Positions 1 to 9,900 of a DNA stretch of 64,000 bases are shown piece by piece. Origin of the DNA: Asterias rubens (Eukaryota); the NCBI RefSeq assembly GCF_902459465.1, contig NC_047063.1, forward strand, positions 1,798,001 through 1,862,000, written 5' to 3'. Within the stretch, counting starts at the first letter, position 1. Each line of letters begins with the position of its first letter. Position numbers and translations under genes: made by a program. Under the pieces are notes generated by a model. The model worked only from the letters and a program-made list of their open reading frames with translations. It was not told the origin of the DNA and made no database searches.

Positions 1-755
1 TTACATTCAAACCGCCCTCTGTTGACAAAACACTTCATGCAAAGAGTTGCGTATTCATAGTAAGATTGCAAACACTTTCTAGCTGGCTGCCAAAACACAA
101 AGGCTTTGCATGGTGGTATGCGCGCAAATCATGTTATGGTATTGGTGTGACGTCAGAGGTCACATCGTCTATACTCTGTTCGTACAAGTTTACCAGTAAT
201 AGTTACTTTCTCTAATCAAATTTTCATAGTTTTAAAATCAACTTTGTTTGGGGAAAACATTCTGCTGATAGAAATGGATATTGAATATGGAGGTCGATCT
301 GTGTGTACACAAAGCTGTCCAAAATGTGAAGTACAAATACATTAATTCATAAGATAAGATTGTACAATGAGTGTACTGCTTTAGGGTCAAAACAATTACA
401 AATTGAATGACTAAATAAATTACAAAATGAATGACTTTTTATTATTTTTTATTTTCTGTCTATTCTCACACAGCATTCGTGAAGACAGATCCTCTGGTAA
501 TGTTTAATCTTTTGATAATTTATTTGTTGGCCTTTAATCGTATTGCATGCCCTGGCTGGTCCAGATTTTAGTAATTTTGATTTCTTTTGTGCAAATTTAA
601 TTATTTTTTCCAGTGTTTTAATACTGCAACTTTACTTATCAAACTTAAAGGATGTTTTAATGCTGGGCACCTTTGAAAATCATTATCACTGAAGGTTTCC
701 CATGGTAAATAGGAAAAGAAAAAAACAAAAGAAAACAAAATAATTCAGCACTTAC

Positions 756-910
756 ATTCTCTTTACTGACTGGTATCTCCCGGAAGACCGGATGGTTAGG
801 GTTCCAAGGGAAGAGGATTCTCGCAGCGTAGTCTCTGTAATCATGGAATGGAATTCCAGATCCCTCTACATCATTCACTGTTAAAACAGTTATCTGCAAC
901 TCGGCAAAGG
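756..910 (-). CDS. PLXNA: Plexin exon: start of cytoplasmic GAP region
   Basis: gcag|CC TTT GCC GAG; AFAELQ...[25 protein letters not shown]. Donor AAT|gtaagt at 756, with an alternative CCA|gtcagt at 771. Confidence 0.93.
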
Positions 911-3900
911 CTGCAAATATGAAGATTGAAATCACACTCTTGATAAATGCATACAAGATGGATACAAAATATTCTTGACATAGTATCAGTACTTTACTTA
1001 TATTTAACCTTGAAGAAACCAAGCCCAATTTCATAGAATTGCTTAAGCAGAAAAAAAATATCCCGCAAAGAGCTGTTTGATGTTTTGGTGTGAATAATAA
1101 GACACTAAATAAATAGTAAACATGCAAGTACAACTATGTATAAAATCTGTTTTGTGGGAGTGATGGCTCTGAAACAGCTGCTGTGGTTTTGATGTTTTAA
1201 AAAGTATACTCTGCTCGTTTTTTAGGAGATACACTGCTAAGAAAAAAAATGAGCAGGGTGCCTGTCACAAACGGTCAAGTGACATGGTATTTTGGCTGGT
1301 AACCTTGTTCTGGTTAGCATAATTCTGTTGAGTGCCTTTTGCACTTAAGCAGCGCAATGAAATTGGGCACTGAAATCTCAGGACATCACTAACCAAGGTA
1401 ATTGTGGTAACGACATCTGGGCTCAATTTCATTGAGCTGCGTAAGCAGAAAATAGTGCTTAATGCTTTTTCGCTAAGCAGAAATTAATTTGTACTTGTGA
1501 CATGGCAGTTTGGCAAATTATTACGGTAAGCATAATTTTGTTGTGCTTATCATCTTTTAATGCTTAAGTAGCTCTATGAAATTTAGCCATGGTATTTAAG
1601 CTCAATGGACCGTTACGCAAATACCCATTGCGCAAGCAAACTGTTGAATTAGGTGCATGCTGGTCTAGCTAGCGGTCAAACTTGATCGCTAAGACCAGCA
1701 TGCACCTCATTCCATGCCTAACGTGCGCATACAGAGTATTTGCGATAAGGTATAAGAAAAGAGTTAATACGAAATTCTGTTGCCCTGTACTGACCATCTT
1801 TGCATTCCTGCGCGACTCTCATCTCCATCTCGTCCCTCTGCACCTCCATCTTCTTGAAGCGTCTCTCGTTGGCGCTGATGCGACGACAGATGCAGACAAT
1901 AAAGAGGATGATGATGATGAGGAAAGCTCCTCCACACACCGCCCCGATGATGATGTAGAGAGAAAGCTGCTGCGGGAGGTACTTCAGACGACCCACAGTC
2001 ACATTCAGGTTGCCTTGTTCCACCTTGAATTATTATAATAATTGTGTGTGAGTGTACTGTGTATATGCAGTTTACACATGATATAATATATACAATAATA
2101 TAATAACAGCATTTATTAAGCGCCATTATCCAAAAGATTGCTCAAAGGCGCTTTACATTAAAGACAGTCGACACTATCGGTTATTGTCAAAAACTAGTCT
2201 TCACAGTTGGTGTACCTCAACATATGCATAAAATAACAAACCTGTGAAAATTTGAGTTGTTTCACACAATGTTTTATACTATCAACCTCTCCCTATTACT
2301 AGTAATCAAGAAAGGTTTTATGCTAATAATTATTTTGAGTAATTACCAATAGTGTCCACTGCCTTTAAAAAGGCAAAAAACACTTAACATTATAAAAGCA
2401 AAACAAAGCTAAAACAGAAGAAATTAAAAAAACAAGGCAAAAACTATAAAAGTACAAAAGGTACAATCATACTGTACACATCAAAAGTCTAGTTTATATG
2501 ATGGAAGGCCGATATAGTTTTTCTATCATTCAAAACCACAGTTTGTGATATTGAATGGTCAGACAGTAGGAGGGTTAACTGCGTGCTGTATAGATGCATT
2601 CACCACATGATATCATATGGATGACTAGAATCAACCTATCATTCAAAACCACAGTTGGTGATAATATTGTTCCACTTTGGGTCAATAGTGGCTTCTTATA
2701 TAGCGCGCGCTTTAACATACAGTTTTTTCCTGCAAGGTAAGTGGAAATACGTTTTAATTGTGATACCTAATCCTTTTATAGCAAAATTGTAATGGTTTAC
2801 CAGGTGCTGTTGCGCAATATTCTGCCAAGAATATGCTATTAGTTAAGAAAAGTTTAAAATTGGGGACCTTTGAATTACAATGTGGAAGCAGGCTTACTAA
2901 GTGAAATCCATATATTCGCTTTAACAAATATTTGCAATACCCCCAATTTATTAAATAACAATAACTAGTTTATTAAGTGCTTTATCTACAGGCCTTGAAA
3001 AAGTACTTATAATTATTCTTAAGACATGATTTTTTTTAAACTATGAGACCCATTTATGAAACACCTTAATATCGTTCCCACTACGACTTTGCCCTGCTTA
3101 TTGTTGGCCACGACACAGCTACGCTTATTCTGTGCACGTTCAAAGTAAATGTGGGTAGAGAATGCAGCCTCCTGACCTTGGTGATCCCACCCCGACCAAA
3201 CCACGCTCATGGAGATCCTTCCACATTCGGCCCACGATTGGCCACGAGTTGCCATGCTCTCAGCCTTTCTTTTTTTCCATCAAAGTTGAGGTGGCGTCTA
3301 TGTGTGACTGGGGTATTAATCAGAGGCCAGAATCATTACTGCCTGTGCACTGAACGCTCAACCACTGTCTGATTTTGATGGATTTTGACCGGTAATAGGT
3401 TTGGCAACTCACCCTGACATCATAGATCTCATCTCCTTGATCGTTGACTGGAACAGGACACGTCAGGTTGTTTCCCTTCTGCGTTAATGATATGCATTCC
3501 ATACTCCCAACAAACACTTTGACGTCCTTCTCTTGGTATGTTTCCTTCACATAGCGACCCTTAAAATGCAAAGATGTAAAGATCAATACTATGTCAGACA
3601 ATTACTAAGATGCTTTTTCTATTTGTCTGTCTGTTTGTTTGTTTGTTTGTTTATTTAAATAATAAGTAATAGTAACTTCAATTTAAGTAATAGTAACTTC
3701 AAGTTCTGGTGGTTAAGATACGGAGTGTGGGTTCAGACCCCGATCGTGATTGTGTCCTTCAGTAAGATACTTCACTATAATAGCTTCTCTTCACCCGTGG
3801 TATAAATGGGTACCCGCGAGGGTAGAGGTTGATATTGTGTATGAAAAAGCCTTTGGAGCGCTACGGTTGCCCAGGTTGTATACTACCCAGGGAGCTGAGA

Positions 3901-6900
3901 AAGATCAAAGGGATGTTATTGGCCCAATGACCAGGGGTCGATTTCACAAAGAGTTAGGACTCGTCTTACCTCGAGTTAGGACGAGTAACTCGTCTTAACT
4001 TAGGATTAATCTTAAGGTCCGCATGCTACAGTGCAAGATTAATCTTAAGTTAGGAAGAGTTTTGTGAAATCGACGGCAGGGCACAATTTTAAAGCACATT
4101 GAACCGGTTATTGTCAAATGTGCTATACAACAACTAGATATTAACTTTGGATTTTAAATTGGATTTATCTCCCACCACTAAAGTTGGTCTAGCCACAACC
4201 CTGTTTAAAATAACGGAAAACTTAAAATTGACAGAGATCTTTGCGTACCTGAATAGTAATCATCGTCCGTGCTCCGAACTGCACCTCTTTGATGGATCCC
4301 TCCTCCTCAAACCGGAAATACTCTGGATCTAAATAAACAGTCATCCTGTAATCCTCATTCTCCTTGTACATCTCTACTCCATCTAAGATGAAGCCAAAGG
4401 TGACCACACCCAACTCAGGTGAGGATAGTCGCGAGTTGTTGCTTGGGGCGAGGAAATCACTTAAATCTGGCGTCTTGCAAGTCATTGCTGTGTCTTGGAC
4501 ATCGAAACAGTTCTGTTTCACACAAAAATGATGACTTGTTCAGTATAAGAATAACACCTTATGGACTGCTTAAGTAGAATGGTTCACAAAGTTTTGTTTT
4601 TGTTTGCACATGAAATAGCAGTATATTCTGTACTTACCAATGGTTTAACTGGCGGAAGATCTGGCCCAACATAAAACACCATCTGAGGCTCTTGAATCAC
4701 ATTCAAATGATCACCATTCACTTCCACTAATAATCCACCACTAAAAAGGAAAAGAGATATTCTCCATTAGTACTCCACACTAAAAGCTACACATAAAAGC
4801 ACATTCATACTCAAGCAATATTGAACATTTCAGAAATGTCTTCTTCTGTAAGATTCCACCTTAAGAAAATATTTTCTCTATTAATACTGTAACAATAATA
4901 AGTAGCTTGAAACTTTGCAAAGCGGAAACATAACTAACAGAGACTAGGTTTGTAGAAACATTATGTGAATATCTCTTTCTGAGTAGTGTTGGTTCTGAAA
5001 AGAACCAGTGGTTAACGACTCAACGTTTCAATCACTATGCGTCTTCACAATTCGTCTTCAGGAGAATGCTGGACTGTGTTGCTGGACGCTGCTGTATCAA
5101 TATAGAACATTTCAAACATCTCTTGTTCTGTAAGATTTAACCTTTTGAAAATACTTTCTATATTAATACTCTATCAATATTAAACATTTCAAAAATGTCT
5201 TCCTCTTAGTTTGGGGCTAAACTCACCTGAGTATAGTGGTCATCCGATTTACACTGTTTACTATAGGGTCGGCTGCGTATGAGAAGTTACTATCACTCCT
5301 GACCTCACCGAGATCATCAAAGGTCATCATAACCGAACCCGTAGTGCCTTCCTCAGACTGTGATGTTATGCAGCTAATCTGGGACACACTGCGTACAAAA
5401 AGATAAAACATGAACAACAACCTTTTCAAATACACCTTTTAAGTAGGATTTGAAACTTTGCATAGTGGAAGTATAACTTGGAGAGGTTTGCGGTAACATG
5501 TGAATATCCCTTTTGAGTAGTGTTGGTTCTAAAAAGAACCGACGGTTAACAACTCAACGCTTCGATGAGTATACCCCTCTCTTAATATTTATGAATATGG
5601 TACGTCACAATGCTAACTCACAACGAGGCGATGGGCGCAGCCACTGCAAGTGATGGGGGACGTGCGCCCATAGCCTCATTTTGGGAAAGAATTATGACGT
5701 CATGCATAAATATTAAGAGAGACGTATGCCCTGATCGTCTTCAGGAGAATGCTGGACTGTGTTGCTGGATGCTGCTTAAATACTAGGCTTGGTGGTGTGT
5801 GAAGCCAGAAACTGGATAAGCTGGGCTAGGTCAATACTAGTTAAAAGACATATTTACATGGTGTTATCGCAAACCTCTCGTAGAAATACACCTTTTGTAG
5901 TTTAGGGTATTGATGATGGGATGACTTACTTTGTGGGTCCATCGAGACTGCACGGCATGCCTGCTGCTATGATACTTTGCTGGCTTCCTGCGTTCAGGTC
6001 GGTTCCAGACAACGTGATCCTGGTTCCTCCTGACTTGGGTCCATCGGCCGGTCTGAAGGAGGTTATTACCGGAATCTTTCCACAAAAGAAAAAAACAGGA
6101 ATTTGAGGTCAATTTATGCGATAAGATTACATACTAGCTGCAGATCCAAAGGAGAGGTAAAATCATTAAAGTTTTTGGGCTTTGGTGTTTGAAGCAGATC
6201 GATGTAGGGTCTGTTGTACATTACCCACATTGAATAGAGCAAACTGAAACCCATTTGTCCCCTTCAAATAAGAGCAGTCTCGCACATACCATTAGGAACC
6301 TCTGATTCAAACTGAGATTGTGTAAGGAAAAACGTTGACAAAAACCCTTGACATCCCATATTCTTCAAAAACATCATTGCCAAAATGAAGGATTCAGAAG
6401 GAATAGGGTGGTCGTCCCAAACAACGTTTACTTCACACTACGTCAAGCACTCCAATCTTGTTTGGCCGAACAATTAAGTGTGGAGTGACAAAGCAGAAGA
6501 GGATATGGAAAGATTGATGTCACCTGGGCAAAAATGCCCTGGGAGTCATGGTTTATGGAGCCCATCGGTCGAAAATGCGCAAAACTTGCGCAGCTGTACC
6601 TGAAGATGATTTAAATAACGAATACTCACCACGTATGCAAAGTCGTCTTCGGATATGGCCTCTTCCGTTGTGGTATTGTTTTTGCCTAACATGACTCTTA
6701 CAGGTCCAGCTGTAACCTCTGTACTTGCTTGGGTCAGGCAGACGATTCTGTTGCAGAAAGAAACAAAGATTTGAAATCCTGGGTCAAGGCCTGGACGACT
6801 AGTGAAATTTACTACTCGACTAGTCGCGTTTTCAAATAGTAGCGACTACGAAACTTATCGCGAATAATGTTTAAATCCCAAGCAAGATGCATTGCGGCAT

Positions 6901-9900
6901 AATGTTTGCCGCGGGCGCCAAGGTAACAATCACGCTGAAAGAACTAAAGAATTGTGACACTAATTATGTTGTCATGAATAGTCGTGAGCGAAACAATTGG
7001 TTCACCAAACAGGTAGTCATGAAATTTTTGTAGTAGCTACGACTATTTTTGTAGTAGTCGTGGCGGCATGATTTATAAGCAGTTGAAAACCAATAGTCGT
7101 GACTCGACTAAGCAATCAATGGTCATGACTACAACACTAGTCGCACTAGATGCTCAAGCACATGGGTCCACTTTTACAGCTCTATTTACCACAGAATTCT
7201 GTGAGCAATTCTACAAGAACATCGGCCTAATTCTACAAGAGCTTCTTCCATTTGTTATGGTCAAAGAACATTTTCTTGCGCTGCTCTATTTCTTTGGAAT
7301 AGTCTTCCTGTGCATATTTGCCTGGCTAGTTCTTTTCACTGTTTTAAGTCTCTGCTAAAAACACACACGTTTGAAGCTGCTTATTTGTAAGCTGCGTACT
7401 TGTAATCTATCTTTCACTCATTGTCTAATTTATTGTTTTCTTTATGCACTTAGAGGCTTTAGCATTAGACGCTTTCCAAATGTCTATGTTATTATTATTA
7501 CTATTAAATTTGGCCTAGGTCACCTACAAGTTGTGTACTGAAAAATAAAAAACTGTGAGCAGCTTAAAATGGCAAGTTAAAAATATAACTAAATTCCCTA
7601 TATTATGACTGGACATACCTCTCCGCCTCGCTGTACTCTTTAACATCACATTTGATTCCAGCTACTCTGATCTCTATAACATCATCTCTGCTCTTGCCCA
7701 AGTTGTAACCCAAGATAGTCAGGTTGGTGTTCCCTCGAATGTGACCACTTTGAGGATGAAACTAAAAGAAAAGTGAAAAGAAAAAAAGATAAAAGTTGAT
7801 CTATTTATTTAGCAACGGACAGAACAGAATCAGTGATGAAAATACATCCCAAAAATGAAACAAAAAACTTACCAGAGTCCAAAGCTCTGGTATGGTCAGT
7901 CACAACCTCTAAGGAACTTTCAATTTCTCAGTTCAGAAAGAACTTAAAAACTCACCTCTTCAACAATAGGCACTTTAGCAAAATCATTCAGGCTTTATAA
8001 TTCAAGAGCTTTGAAGGCAATGAGTTGTTCCAATGAAACAACGAGCTTATTACATTTACTTTTAATCACGGTGTCTTGTTTTTTTATTGTGCTATATGAT
8101 AGGTCTCTTAATTCAAATGTAGTCCCAAATACCTGGCAGGAAAATACTGCAAGTTAAAGTGCCTTGAGCATCACTGATTGACTGATATGCATGCTATTTA
8201 AGAAGCCACTATTATTGTTATCATTAATCTGTAATGCGTAGTCAAGGAACCTGATGCAGTTGGCCACATCAATCTATTAAGGACATGTCACAGGATTGAT
8301 ACTTCAAAAACAATGATGCTAAATGGAAGGAAATAACCTTGCTAGTCAGCATGATTAATTTGACGCCTGTACAACAAATTCGAGCTGTATTAATCCATGA
8401 CAACACTAGGTTAGGGTCATGTGGAAGTCCTTAATTCCTCGAGAGATTTAGGGCTTTGTAACAGGAGATGCACGCAAGCTTAATGTCCATGGAAAATTAG
8501 GCACAACTAACAGTGGCTTCATCAAACTCATCTGAGGAAGAAGCAAAGTGCCAAGTCAAAACAACTTAATCCATAATGTTTATATAGTTTGCTAGATCTT
8601 GAAAGCATCTTTTGAATCCTAACAGATTATCTTTACCTTCTCCAATTTTCAAAACAGAGTGGAATAACTGGAATAATATTCAAGGATTTTAATCATAACC
8701 CTGTCCTACAAATCCATCAACTGACAAAGAGGTGGTTATTAAAATGAATCCTTGACAACGGTGAATATTTGTTTGACTGTCAATGTTGCCGGCCCATAAT
8801 ATTGAACCGTAAGACAGAACAACAGACAAACATACATCAACAAACCATCAGGGCCCAATTTCATAGAGCTGCCTAAGCACAACAACTTGCTTAGCATAAT
8901 ATTTCTTCCTTGATAAAAACAGGATTATCAACCAAACTTTCACTTGATTTTCAGGATAAGCAAACAACAGCTGAATACCAGTAACAAGCAGTATGCAACA
9001 AATAGAAATTTGGTTGGTAATCCTGTTATTATCAAGGAAATTTCATGCCAAGCAAATTTTTGTGCTTAGCAGCTCTATGAAATTGGGCCCAGGACATAGG
9101 TGTGTGCAACTTAGCCACATCCCCTACTGGTCATCATTATGCAATGACTCGATGGAACGCACAAATCGCACTTAAACCAGAAGTCTATGAAAGACAGATA
9201 GACAGACAGACTAACAAAAAACCTACTGATCCAACGGTAGAATCAGGACGTAATTTTGTCCCATGTTGGCCATCGTCATACTTTGACATCAGGGAACACA
9301 CTTTGGAATTCTCACACTAACCATGGAGGTAGAAGAGCAGAGATCTATGGACAGACAAACAAACAAATAACAAACAAACAAACAGACACCCCAACCAACA
9401 AACAAACAACCTACCGAGCTGACAGTAGGATCAGGACATAAACCGTCTTCCCCATTCAGCCATGTCTCCTGCTGGCCACACCTTGACTCCATGGAACACT
9501 CTTTGGTACTCTCACACCAACCGCAATCAAACTTGCTATCCAGCATAAGGCATTTGCCACAGTTAGTTCTTGGCATTGCACACTTGTAGAGGGTAACTAC
9601 AAGAAAAAAGGAGAGAAAAACTTGTTTTTATTTGTTTTAGGGTGTCATGGCTGAGTGGTTAAGAGCACCGAATTCAAGTTCTGGTGGTTAAGTCATCGGA
9701 GTATGGGTTCCGGTCCTGGTAAGTCCTGACACTTGTCCTTGAGCAAGATACTTTGCTTCTCTTCACCTAGGGATATAAATTAGTACCTGTGAGGGTGGAG
9801 GGTAGAGGTTGATATTGTGTATAAAAAAGTCTTGGGACCCCTATGGTTGCCCAGGTTGTAAACTCCCCAGGGAGCTGAGAAAGATTAAAGGAATGTTATT

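Larger units (their letters stand above)
5443..5776 (-). mobile_element. Hammerhead-bearing repeat, copy 2
   Basis: Same blocks as copy 1 (gaaactttgca, gagtagtgttggttct, tcgtcttcaggagaatgctggactgtgttgctgga). Confidence 0.55.

Noticed and set aside
1-175. CTCF-like (CCGCCCTCTGTTG) and CRE (TGACGTCA) motifs as a host enhancer
   Set aside because: They lie in what looks like the end of a repeat (…GGTCACATCGTCTATA) truncated by the window edge; it cannot be supported as regulatory.
657-1133. 158-aa ORF as a standalone gene
   Set aside because: Only 756-910 is plexin-like and bounded by splice sites; the rest is intron or MITE read-through.
1682-2038. 118-aa plus-strand ORF with an acidic tract ([10 protein letters not shown])
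   Set aside because: Antisense shadow of the hydrophobic TM-coding exon: ATC/ATT codons read as GAT/AAT on the other strand.
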